This document shows, piece by piece, positions 1 through 8,209 of a stretch of DNA of 64,000 nt (positions within the stretch are counted from its first letter, which is position 1; every line of letters starts with the position of its first letter). The notes beneath the pieces were generated by a model. The model worked only from the letters and a program-made list of their open reading frames with translations, was not told where the DNA came from and did no database searches. The DNA comes from Candidatus Saccharimonadia bacterium (GTDB taxonomy: Bacteria; Patescibacteriota; Saccharimonadia; Saccharimonadales; JALRHH01), in assembly GCA_023253175.1 (NCBI GenBank), contig JALRHH010000002.1:128199-192198 (forward strand), read 5' to 3'. The translations under genes and the position numbers were made by a program.

Positions 1-131
1 TCGAGCAGCTGCGCCTTCATGTCGCGCTTCTGGACGGTGCCGGTCATTTCGAGCAAACGGTCAGCTAAAGTCGACTTGCCGTGGTCAATATGGGCAATAA
101 TACAAAAATTACGAATATGAGATTGATTCAT
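1..131 (-). CDS. lepA: Translation elongation factor 4 (LepA), first 43 codons only; gene runs off the left edge
   Basis: Hand translation of the reverse strand from ATG at 131-129 gives [43 protein letters not shown]. This matches the LepA N-terminus with the GTPase G1 motif AHIDHGKST. Confidence 0.85.
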   Translation of the reverse strand, partial: MNQSHIRNFCIIAHIDHGKSTLADRLLEMTGTVQKRDMKAQLL

Positions 132-177
132 TACTGGCCAAGTATACGCTACTTACCCCTGTTATACAATGAGGCAA

Positions 178-1800
178 CTACTGGACGCGAATTGGTTTGA
201 GGATAATTTGCTTGGCCTTAGCCACAACTGGCTTGGCTTCGCTCAGTCCAAAGAGCAGTGAAATGCCGAGGTGCACTGCAAATGTCACGCCAGCAATTGC
301 AGTTAGCTTAGACGCAAAGGTGATGAAACCAACATCGCTAGAACTAAGTGGTAGTACCGAAATCATCGTATATGCTGCGATCACGCTAAATCCAGTGACC
401 GACATGATCTTAACCAAGGCACCCCAGAATTCCATATTAAATAATTTATGATCGCGGATCAGCATAATTGCGACGAGGATCGCGACTTCAACCGCCGCAA
501 CAATTGACTGTGCCATTGCAAGCCCTGCAATGCCGTACGAATCTGGTTGCGACAGATTGTACGCAAGGTAAATATTAAGTCCAATCGTAAACAGTGACAC
601 AAATAGCGGGGTACGCGTATCTTTCTGGGCATAAAACCAACGAGAAATAATTGCGTAAATCGTGCGGAAGAAAATGGCTCCGGCCAGGTACCCAAATATC
701 AGCGTAATTTGCGATACACCCTCCGCGAAGATAACACGGGACAGGTAGCCACGCGCAAAGTAACAAATAACCACGATTGGCATCATGACCCAGATCATGG
801 CACGGAGCACCATCAAGAAATCTTTACGGAACAAGTCTGTCCTGCCAGAAGATAGCCGCTGCGTTAGACGCGGAAATGCTGCGGTTGCAACAGTCGTTCC
901 GACCAGCTGAATTGGCACGGTATGCAGTGTATAGGCATTTTCATAGTATGAGATATTTCCCGTACCGAGACGACTCGCAAATCTTGTTTCAACCATACTG
1001 TTAATAGAATCAATTCCTTGGTCAATTGAACGGGCGGGCAGGCGCTGCAAAATCATCTTTAGGTCACTTGTCTTGAATATCTTTGGTCGCCATTTGAACT
1101 GAGTTCCCTGCATGCCAAACAATACAACCAACAGCTGCAAGATTGCACCAGCGAGCGCACCAATACCGAGTCCGACTAACCCAATTCCACCAGGGCCGCC
1201 ATCATTTGGCTCAATTGAGCTGAATATCAATGCACTTACAATAATTGCCCCGTTATAAAAGAATGGTGCAATCGCAAAGAAAAAGAATCTGCCCATGGTC
1301 TGCTGCACTGCGGTCACAAGCCCCGACAGCGTAAAGAGCAGCGGGTTGAACGCGATAAGCCGCATGATTGTTGCGGCAGTATGTGCCTGCTCAGAAGTAA
1401 GCCCCGGAGCAACCAATTCAAGCAGCTGATCTGCAAAGACTAAAATAATAACACCGACAGCAAACATAAAAATCGCCAATAGGTTCAAAAGACTGACCGC
1501 AAGATCCATTGCCCGGCGGCGGTCTTTCTTTTCAAGCAAATCGGTAAAAACAGGAATAAAGGCTACACCAAGCGCACCAGCGGTAATGGTATAGAAGAAA
1601 AAGTCTGGGATTTTAAATGCTGCAAAAAACGCATCGGTGCTCTGCGGACCGAACTCATCAAAGTTGGCGTTAATAAGCTTAATCCTAAGGAATCCTAGGA
1701 TCTGTCCAAACAATGCAGCACCAATAAGTAGTGCAGCAGCACCGCCGAGTGATACACGCTTATTTGCTCGCCGTAATAATTTTTTATGTGGACGTTCCAT
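178..1800 (-). CDS. murJ: Lipid II flippase, MurJ/MviN family
   Basis: 540-aa polytopic membrane ORF. The N-terminus (GQILGFLRIKLINANFD) and overall layout are typical of MurJ/MviN (MOP superfamily). Confidence 0.8.
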   Translation of the reverse strand: MERPHKKLLRRANKRVSLGGAAALLIGAALFGQILGFLRIKLINANFDEFGPQSTDAFFAAFKIPDFFFYTITAGALGVAFIPVFTDLLEKKDRRRAMDLAVSLLNLLAIFMFAVGVIILVFADQLLELVAPGLTSEQAHTAATIMRLIAFNPLLFTLSGLVTAVQQTMGRFFFFAIAPFFYNGAIIVSALIFSSIEPNDGGPGGIGLVGLGIGALAGAILQLLVVLFGMQGTQFKWRPKIFKTSDLKMILQRLPARSIDQGIDSINSMVETRFASRLGTGNISYYENAYTLHTVPIQLVGTTVATAAFPRLTQRLSSGRTDLFRKDFLMVLRAMIWVMMPIVVICYFARGYLSRVIFAEGVSQITLIFGYLAGAIFFRTIYAIISRWFYAQKDTRTPLFVSLFTIGLNIYLAYNLSQPDSYGIAGLAMAQSIVAAVEVAILVAIMLIRDHKLFNMEFWGALVKIMSVTGFSVIAAYTMISVLPLSSSDVGFITFASKLTAIAGVTFAVHLGISLLFGLSEAKPVVAKAKQIILKPIRVQ

Positions 1801-1889
1801 ATCTGAAGCATATTATAGCTGCTGATAGTCATCAGGGATACTAAAAAATGCGCCCATATTGGACGCATTTTTTATAAGGGAATCACCTT

Positions 1890-3764
1890 CTAGTACAGTG
1901 CGGCTGCTTTTGGAAGAATTGATCCGTTCAGGATTTCAATGACTTCTTCAGCTTCTACGGTTTCCTTCTCAAGCAAGGCCTTCTTTAGCTCCTCGAGCTT
2001 TGGCTTATTCGCCTTGATCACTTCGCGGGCGCGCACGGCAGCCTCGGTAATCAATGCTTCAACCTCATCATCAATAACCTTGGCTGTTTCATCGGAATAT
2101 TGCTTTTCGTGAACCATGCGCTCCAGCATCATACCTTCTTCAACATGGAATACCTGATCACGAAGCTTTTGACCCATTCCTTGGTTAACAACCATTTCCC
2201 GGGCTAGTTCAGCCGCTTTCTGAAGATCAGACCCAGCACCAGTCGTTACTCGGTCCTTACCATACATAACTTCTTCGGCGATACGACCACCAAGCATACG
2301 CGCGAGCACATCCTTGTATTCAACAATACTGTGGTAACTCTTGTCTTCTGGTGGAATAAACCATGTTACGCCACCAGTACCACCACGTGGAATAATTGTC
2401 ACCTTGTGCACCATGTCGCTGTCAGGAAGTACATGACCAACAATCGCGTGACCAGCTTCGTGATACGCAGTCAGCTCCTTTTCCTTGTCGCTCATGATCT
2501 TGCCCTTGCGCTCTGGACCAATCGCAACCTTCTCAAAGGCTGCAGTTACGTCAGCTTGGGTAATTTCTTTACTGTTGTGACGCGCTGCAACAATTGCAGA
2601 TTCGTTTGCAATATTTGCGAGATCAGCACCAGATGAGCCAGCAGTCTTTGCAGCCAAAGCATCAAGATCAACAGACTTAGATGCAGGCTTTTTCTCAAAG
2701 TGCTTCTTAAGAATTGCCTCGCGCTCCTTGCGGTCTGGCAAACCAACGGTCACACGGCGATCGAAACGGCCCGGACGAAGCAGTGCTGGATCAAGCACGT
2801 CAACACGGTTGGTTGCAGCGATCACGATAACATTCGCACCTTGCTCGAATCCGTCCATCTCGGTCAAGATCTGGTTAAGTGTCTGTTCACGCTCGTCATG
2901 TCCACCGCCCATTCCAGAACCACGGCGACGTCCAACCGCATCAATCTCATCAATAAAGATAATGCACGGTGCATTCTTTTTGGCCTTCGCAAATAGGTCA
3001 CGAACACGGCTTGCACCCACACCAACAAACATTTCCACAAATTCTGAACCAGAAATACTAAAGAATGGTACGTCAGCTTCACCAGCAACTGCGCGGGCGA
3101 TCATCGTCTTACCGGTTCCAGGAGGGCCAACTAACAGCACTCCCTTTGGAATCTTAGCGCCAACAGATTCAAATTTTTTAGGGAACTTCAGGAATTCTAC
3201 AACTTCTTCGAGATCCTGCTTTGACTCCTGGTAGCCAGCAATATCCTTGAAACTAACCTTACCCTTTTCGTTTCCGTATAAACGAGCTCTGCTCTTACCA
3301 AAGCTCATCGCCTGGTTACCCTGACCCTGGGCGCTGCGCATCATGAACAGCAGCACACCGATAATCAACACGACTGGCAACATGGTCAGCAGTACACTAC
3401 CCCATATCGAACCTGACTTTGATTCTTCTTTGTATTCGACATCAACCTTACCGTAGTCAACGCCTTCTTCTCGGAGACTCACGTTCGAGTTAACGCGTGA
3501 CTTTAATGTGGGCTCGTTCTTTCCCTGTTCTGTAATTTCCAGAGCAGCACCAGTAACTACGATTTTCTTATACTTACCATCATTAACTTGTTGAATTACT
3601 TCACTAAGGTCAACTTCTTTAAGCTGCTGCTTGTTATTGCCATAGGAGCCAAAAATGATTAATCCGATAAGTACGAGCAACGCGATGAAACCAGCGTTCT
3701 TAATCGTACGCTTTTTCTGGTCACCCCCACTTTTCTTTGATGTGCGAAAAGGTTTTTTATCCAT
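1890..3764 (-). CDS. ftsH: ATP-dependent zinc metalloprotease FtsH
   Basis: Walker A GPPGTGKT, Walker B IIFIDEID, second region of homology, HEAGH zinc site, N-terminal TM segments. Confidence 0.96.
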   Translation of the reverse strand: MDKKPFRTSKKSGGDQKKRTIKNAGFIALLVLIGLIIFGSYGNNKQQLKEVDLSEVIQQVNDGKYKKIVVTGAALEITEQGKNEPTLKSRVNSNVSLREEGVDYGKVDVEYKEESKSGSIWGSVLLTMLPVVLIIGVLLFMMRSAQGQGNQAMSFGKSRARLYGNEKGKVSFKDIAGYQESKQDLEEVVEFLKFPKKFESVGAKIPKGVLLVGPPGTGKTMIARAVAGEADVPFFSISGSEFVEMFVGVGASRVRDLFAKAKKNAPCIIFIDEIDAVGRRRGSGMGGGHDEREQTLNQILTEMDGFEQGANVIVIAATNRVDVLDPALLRPGRFDRRVTVGLPDRKEREAILKKHFEKKPASKSVDLDALAAKTAGSSGADLANIANESAIVAARHNSKEITQADVTAAFEKVAIGPERKGKIMSDKEKELTAYHEAGHAIVGHVLPDSDMVHKVTIIPRGGTGGVTWFIPPEDKSYHSIVEYKDVLARMLGGRIAEEVMYGKDRVTTGAGSDLQKAAELAREMVVNQGMGQKLRDQVFHVEEGMMLERMVHEKQYSDETAKVIDDEVEALITEAAVRAREVIKANKPKLEELKKALLEKETVEAEEVIEILNGSILPKAAALY

Positions 3765-3798
3765 GTCTATCCATTATACAGATGAGATTACTTGTTGG

Positions 3799-4686
3799 CT
3801 AGCGGTCAGGATGCTCGAGTGCCAGGTACGTCTTATGGATTCGCATCTTCACGCCTTTTTGCACATCCACTATTGCGCCCGGGAAGAATGTCTTACCCGC
3901 AACGACTAATCTTTCGAGAGTCTTTTGATCAAAATCACGAATGCCCTGCTGCCTCAGCCATGCAGCCATGACTTCTCGGGAAACGGCATGAGATAGCCTG
4001 TTGAATTGGCGCCTATCAACCGTGCCCCCTTTTGATTGCAAGTGAAGAAAATGCAGCAGCTGCTCATCGAGATCATCGTTAACTTGGTGCATCCGTTTAA
4101 TAACCTCGCCGAGCCGCTGCCTGTCTTCCGGTGCAAGCTGCGGTAGAATTTTGTGCCGGATGTAATTTCTAAGCAACCGAATATCGGTATTCGTACTATC
4201 CTCGCGCCAAACAAGACCCTGGTCCTGCGCATAGCGGCGAATATCATCTTTTGCTATGTGCAGTATTGGTCGATGGATATTTGTCCGCGACCGAAGTGCA
4301 GTCAGGCCCTTCCTGTTTGTGCCGCGCAGCATATTAAGCACTGCTGTCTCAAGCGCATCGTTATGGTGATGGGCGGTAATAATAGCCTTAGCGCCACTCG
4401 CCCTCCGGACATTGTGCAAGAATTCATACCTTGCTCTACGGGCTACATCTTCACTCGCCGCTGGTCCTAGGTTGCCTTCGTGGTACACGAATGGAATACC
4501 GTACTGCTCAGAAGCGTGCTGCACAAGCTGCCTATCCAAATGTGAGTCACTCCGGATACCATGATCGAAATGGGCGGCAATAAGTTTTAGATCCGGCTGA
4601 TTTGCAAGCGCATGAAGTAGCGCCATACTGTCGACCCCACCCGACACGGCCACCACATATAACCCTGGCTGTACATCCACCTTCAT
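3799..4686 (-). CDS. tilS: tRNA(Ile)-lysidine synthase TilS
   Basis: PP-loop motif VAVSGGVDS near the N-terminus, and the conserved tilS-ftsH neighbourhood. Start placed at MKVDVQPG (ATG 4686) to avoid a 27-nt head-on overlap with the divergent gene. The track start 4737 is the alternative. Confidence 0.8.
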   Translation of the reverse strand: MKVDVQPGLYVVAVSGGVDSMALLHALANQPDLKLIAAHFDHGIRSDSHLDRQLVQHASEQYGIPFVYHEGNLGPAASEDVARRARYEFLHNVRRASGAKAIITAHHHNDALETAVLNMLRGTNRKGLTALRSRTNIHRPILHIAKDDIRRYAQDQGLVWREDSTNTDIRLLRNYIRHKILPQLAPEDRQRLGEVIKRMHQVNDDLDEQLLHFLHLQSKGGTVDRRQFNRLSHAVSREVMAAWLRQQGIRDFDQKTLERLVVAGKTFFPGAIVDVQKGVKMRIHKTYLALEHPDR

Positions 4687-4710
4687 ATCTGAAACAATTG
4701 TAGCATTATT

Positions 4711-5238
4711 ATGAAGACACTTTATTTTATGCGGCACGGATTAACCGAGATGAATGTCGCCGGCAAATGGTCGGGCAGAACCGAAACCTCTCTTACCCAA
4801 GAAGGACGAGACCAGGCAAAGCTTGCGGGCAAAGCTGCCAAAGATCTTTCTATTGATGCAATTGTCTGCTCAACGATGGGCCGCGCTGTAGAAACCGCCG
4901 AGATTGTGGCTAAGGAGATCGGTTACCCACTTGATCAAATACATAAGAGTAGCTTGCTCATCGAGCGAGATTTTGGCTCGTTCGAAGGCACGCCATGGCA
5001 ACCAGATCTGGACCTTGATGGATTTGCAGATGTGGAATCAGTGGATACCCTAAAAAACAGAGCGATCCTGGCCCTGGAATGGGTTGAATCAATCCCAGGC
5101 GATACTATACTGATTGTCAGCCACGGCGCGACCGGAAGAATGCTCCGCCATGTCGTCGATTCAAGTATCCCCTTCAAAGGAGCGAGTAGATTTAGCAATG
5201 CCGAGATCCACGAACTCAAGCGAACCCCAGAGGTTTAA
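4711..5238 (+). CDS. Histidine phosphatase (phosphoglycerate mutase) family protein
   Basis: Catalytic RHG motif (YFMRHGLTEMN) and distal SHG (IVSHGATGR). Confidence 0.8.
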   Translation: MKTLYFMRHGLTEMNVAGKWSGRTETSLTQEGRDQAKLAGKAAKDLSIDAIVCSTMGRAVETAEIVAKEIGYPLDQIHKSSLLIERDFGSFEGTPWQPDLDLDGFADVESVDTLKNRAILALEWVESIPGDTILIVSHGATGRMLRHVVDSSIPFKGASRFSNAEIHELKRTPEV

Positions 5239-5251
5239 GCCTGAAAAATAC

Positions 5252-5280
5252 TAGCCAACAGATGTAAAATCTGCTATATT
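5252..5280 (+). promoter_or_regulatory. Candidate sigma70-type promoter of the tRNA(CAT) locus
   Basis: TAGCCA (5252-5257), 17-nt spacer, TATATT (5275-5280). It lies 17 nt upstream of the first tRNA-derived base at 5297. Confidence 0.4.
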
Positions 5281-5325
5281 AACGGCTGATTCTCATGGCG
5301 GCGTAGCTCAGTTGGTTAGAGCGCA

Positions 5326-5443
5326 TTAATAATTCAGAATTTTTTTGGGGCGGCGTAGCTCAGTTGGTTAGAGCGCAGGACTCATAAGCCTGAGGTCACA
5401 GGTTCGAACCCCGTCGCCGCTACCAAAAAAGCGCTGAATTATT
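5326..5443 (+). repeat. Insert 1 of the dissected tRNA: inverted-repeat-bounded segment that carries the intact tRNA
   Basis: Perfect 11-bp inverted repeat TAATAATTCAG (5327-5337) / CTGAATTATTA (5434-5444). A T7 run (5340-5346) and an A-run (5425-5430) immediately flank the tRNA. Confidence 0.75.
5349..5425 (+). tRNA. tRNA with CAT anticodon (elongator Met or lysidine-dependent Ile2), CCA encoded
   Basis: Hand-folded cloverleaf: acceptor GGCGGCG/CGCCGCT, D arm GCTC-AGTTGGTTA-GAGC, anticodon loop CTCATAA, T arm ACAGG-TTCGAAC-CCCGT, then ACCA. There is one A-G mismatch at 31-39. Confidence 0.9.
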
Positions 5444-5673
5444 AGGACTCATATTCGAGGACGCGCGCAGGGGCTTGCGCCGAGCACGCCGCAAGAATAT
5501 ATGCAATATAAGCCTGTCGCGCCTTGCGCTCAGCATCTGTGATATATAAAGTTAACGCGTATTAGTTCGCCGACACCACTCACCCGTCCAATTAGCGTGA
5601 ACTCAGAAACTTCCCAAGTTTCTTCAGGTCACAGGTTCGAACCCCGTCGCCGCTACCATATAGAATATTTGTG

Positions 5674-5705
5674 AAAATGACGACTTTTTGGTCGTCATTT
5701 TTGTG
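5674..5705 (+). terminator. Intrinsic terminator after the tRNA locus
   Basis: Stem ATGACGAC (5677-5684) / GTCGTCAT (5691-5698), loop TTTTTG, followed by a T-run and preceded by an A-run. Confidence 0.7.
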
Positions 5706-5719
5706 TTTTTATACTACTT

Positions 5720-6736
5720 ATGGTGTTTAATATGCAATTCGTTTACAAAATAACAAGGATCGTTGCAAAGTATTTCAACCGGGCGTATATCAGAAGTAGG
5801 ACTTCTGAAGCCATGTCAGAGCTAAACAAACATTTAGAAACAATAAAAGGTCCCTTACTCACCGCTGGAATTGCCTCGGCAATTGGTGCGATTACCTTTA
5901 AAGCGGATCAATATTTCGGATCCAAAAGTGCCCACAGCGAACATGGGCCAGAATTAGACCTAGCGATTACCGAAAGACTAGGCGCCACCAAAACACTTGT
6001 CTTGCTTGGGGGCCTGTGTATGAATGGCGAGGAACTGGCATCGCAGTATCAAAAGGAGCTAGCAGATGACGTCAATCTCATTACGCCCGTATATGACAGT
6101 AATGGCTTCGACGGACCGTCGTTATTCGAGCAACTATATGACCAACTTGATAACACACCCACCGATGATATCGTCATCGCAGGCTTGTCTATGGGTGGCC
6201 TCATTGCTTGGGATATGATCGATTACGGTATAAAAAATGGCAGGCAGGACACGACCGAAAAGATATCTCATGTCATATTGCGCGGTGTGCCTGTTTGTCC
6301 AAAATCTATACGGCCCGGGCCGAGACTGTTACTCAACACAGTACAGCGCCTCGGCTACAGCTATGCACTCGATCATAGCCGACCCCTACTCCGCCGCTGG
6401 AACTGTGTCTCTCTACTCAAGGCAACACCCGCTGCGATTGTAGAACAGTGCAGATACCTCGCAGGCCCGCATACCAACAACCTAGAATCTTTACCGGATC
6501 AAGTAACTTTTGTGCGCGGAGTATTGCCGGATCCTGTCGTTGATGAAAGCATTGCAATCGGCACCTTGCAGCGACAGCTAGGCCGCCCGGTTCATGAAGT
6601 TATCGATAGTGAATACCTACTCCCTGTTCACGCGCCAACAGACAGACAGTCGGTGAGGTTCATGTTAGAGCAGCTCGGCATCGCCAAATCCCACACGCAG
6701 CAAATACCCGCTATTTCTCTACAAGTAGCAGCCTAG
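5720..6736 (+). CDS. Alpha/beta-hydrolase-fold protein (putative esterase/lipase); start uncertain
   Basis: Nucleophile-elbow motif GLSMGG within IVIAGLSMGGLIAW. Alternative starts are 5732 and 5813. Confidence 0.55.
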   Translation: MVFNMQFVYKITRIVAKYFNRAYIRSRTSEAMSELNKHLETIKGPLLTAGIASAIGAITFKADQYFGSKSAHSEHGPELDLAITERLGATKTLVLLGGLCMNGEELASQYQKELADDVNLITPVYDSNGFDGPSLFEQLYDQLDNTPTDDIVIAGLSMGGLIAWDMIDYGIKNGRQDTTEKISHVILRGVPVCPKSIRPGPRLLLNTVQRLGYSYALDHSRPLLRRWNCVSLLKATPAAIVEQCRYLAGPHTNNLESLPDQVTFVRGVLPDPVVDESIAIGTLQRQLGRPVHEVIDSEYLLPVHAPTDRQSVRFMLEQLGIAKSHTQQIPAISLQVAA

Positions 6737-6787
6737 TGTTGACACAGGGGTGTATACTCAAATGTAGAGTACATCAGAGAAATAAAC

Positions 6788-7270
6788 ATGAGTTCTCCTG
6801 AACAACCAACCATTATTTCCACCCGAGTGATCGTAGAGCACGGTCCTGACATCGCCCTGCTTCGGCGCGCCTCCACCGGTGAATTTGCAGGTGCATGGGA
6901 ATTGCCGGGTGGAAAAGTTGAACCCGGAGAAGACATTGCGGCTGGCGCGCGCCGGGAAACCGAAGAAGAGATGGGCATTAGCATTGATCTTCTTCCCTTC
7001 CAGCCAGAAATGATAGACAATCGTCCTATACTCGATGGAAAACATCGGGGTAAGTGGTACAAAGCATATGGCTTCATTGCCGCAGCCGCAAGCCGAGATC
7101 TGACACTAGATCCAGAAGAACATGAAGACAGTATATGGATACCACCGTACGAAGCGCTGGCACTTGCGACACTTTCACAGACCTCAAGAAAAGCCATCCT
7201 AGAACTGGGTGCACTGTGCAGTAGCCAAATTAAAAAGCCCTCCACGCGGGAGGGCTTTGTTATCAGTTAG
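6788..7270 (+). CDS. Nudix hydrolase
   Basis: Nudix box [24 protein letters not shown]. Confidence 0.85.
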   Translation: MSSPEQPTIISTRVIVEHGPDIALLRRASTGEFAGAWELPGGKVEPGEDIAAGARRETEEEMGISIDLLPFQPEMIDNRPILDGKHRGKWYKAYGFIAAAASRDLTLDPEEHEDSIWIPPYEALALATLSQTSRKAILELGALCSSQIKKPSTREGFVIS

Positions 7271-7636
7271 CGATTACAATGTATCTTTTGGTTCTACTGA
7301 CCCGAAGTTTACGTTGTTTTTGCATGGGTTTAATGTCTTGTATCAACATAGTGGTTTATTGTTTAGCCAAAGATATCGTTTAGATCTGCATCTAATGCCA
7401 GTATCTCTTGACTCGAAGTTGGTAACAGTTCGTATGCCAACTGCGTCGAAAGCGCGAATACGCTCACGATAGTTCCTTTCTGGTTAGGACGTGCCTCGGT
7501 CAGTCAGGTAAGGTTTGTCTTTTGATTGAGTGTTATACGAGAAACACGGAGGAAAATGAAGCTTGCTTCTATTATCCGAGTATTTCGTCGTAAACTTTTG
7601 TTATAGTTTTTGTTTTACCGCGATATAACACTTACT

Positions 7637-7664
7637 ATTATACATGAAGTTGCATATTTGTCAA
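7637..7664 (-). promoter_or_regulatory. Near-consensus sigma70 promoter firing leftwards into a gene-poor region
   Basis: Reverse strand reads TTGACA (7664-7659), 16-nt spacer, TATAAT (7642-7637). No long ORF lies downstream before 7270. Confidence 0.45.
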
Positions 7665-7674
7665 TATGCTTATG

Positions 7675-7935
7675 CTATGGATTTAGTAAGAACTCTTTGG
7701 GAGACTCCCATTCCTGACGGATCAACAGCGCCACCTCTTCTGTTCTGGTTACAAAATCTATGCGCGAATCGAATAACTCATCTGCAGGAAATTGACGAAG
7801 GAAAGAAATGACTTCAGGCCGGAAATTCCACATTCTGGCTACACGCACTATTTGTGCACGATTCGCCGGGTACGAACGCACAAGCGTACTAAGCCGCTCC
7901 ATATCTCGCAAATTAGGGAGCTGTTTCGTGTACAT
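7675..7935 (-). CDS. Small hypothetical protein, DUF2795-like
   Basis: The 86-aa pattern YPANRAQIVRVARMWNFRPEVISFLRQFPADELFDSRIDF resembles DUF2795, recalled from memory. SD GGAGG lies 5 nt before the ATG. Confidence 0.5.
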   Translation of the reverse strand: MYTKQLPNLRDMERLSTLVRSYPANRAQIVRVARMWNFRPEVISFLRQFPADELFDSRIDFVTRTEEVALLIRQEWESPKEFLLNP

Positions 7936-8209
7936 ACCTACCTCCGTATTACACCATCAGCATACCAAGCAGCGGAGGCTACTTTCAGTTGGAATTATTA
8001 CAACCTATGTATTATTTGCCGCGGCGAGCAATATTACTTAGGCGCATTTTTGCCTGGGGTATTTGCGGGGCAAAACCGGTACGACCCTGCATCTTTGCTA
8101 TATTCTTAGAAAATTTGTCAGCGCTGTGTTTACCCATATTTTGCCCTTTGTTTAGTAGACAATACTATATGCCCGTAGCGTAAAATTCTCAGTGATTTTT
8201 CTCACGAGT

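Larger units (their letters stand above)
5297..5658 (+). pseudogene. Second copy of the tRNA(CAT) sequence, dissected into four colinear pieces around the intact gene
   Basis: Pieces 5297-5325, 5444-5453, 5508-5516 and 5626-5658 match nt 1-29, 29-38, 36-44 and 45-77 of the tRNA at 5349-5425 with no mismatch. Calling it a pseudogene is provisional. Confidence 0.85.

Noticed and set aside
2728-3234. 168-aa forward ORF inside ftsH, together with other antisense ORFs at 2331-2996
   Set aside because: They are antisense to the unmistakable FtsH coding sequence. Their Pro/Ser/Arg-rich composition is typical of shadow frames.
5454-5625. Group I intron in the anticodon loop, as in Azoarcus tRNA-Ile(CAU)
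   Set aside because: The 3' exon would have to continue AGCCTGAGGTC directly. Instead AGCCTG (5511-5516) and AGGTC (5626) are separated by another 109 nt. The two segments (about 54 and 109 nt) are too short for a group I core, and I could not find P3/P7-type core elements. An Infernal scan is still recommended.
5297-5658. Classical integrative-element att duplication at a tRNA 3' end
   Set aside because: Integration scars duplicate only the 3' part on one side. Here a 5' piece lies upstream and three ordered pieces lie downstream. There is no integrase or cargo, and identity is 100 percent.
6733-7245. 170-aa reverse-strand ORF overlapping the Nudix gene
   Set aside because: It is fully antisense to a gene with a clear Nudix box. 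It has no motif and no SD, so it is typical shadow-frame noise.
7209-7472. 87-aa forward ORF spanning the Nudix gene end and the gene-poor region
   Set aside because: It starts inside the Nudix gene in another frame, and has no SD and no motif.
7936-8209. TTTTGCC...GGCAAAA hairpin (about 8051-8078) as terminator of the MFS operon
   Set aside because: The 7-bp stem has a 14-nt loop and no U-tract on the relevant (reverse) strand, so it is weak as a terminator. No ncRNA signature was recognised in this 274-nt spacer.
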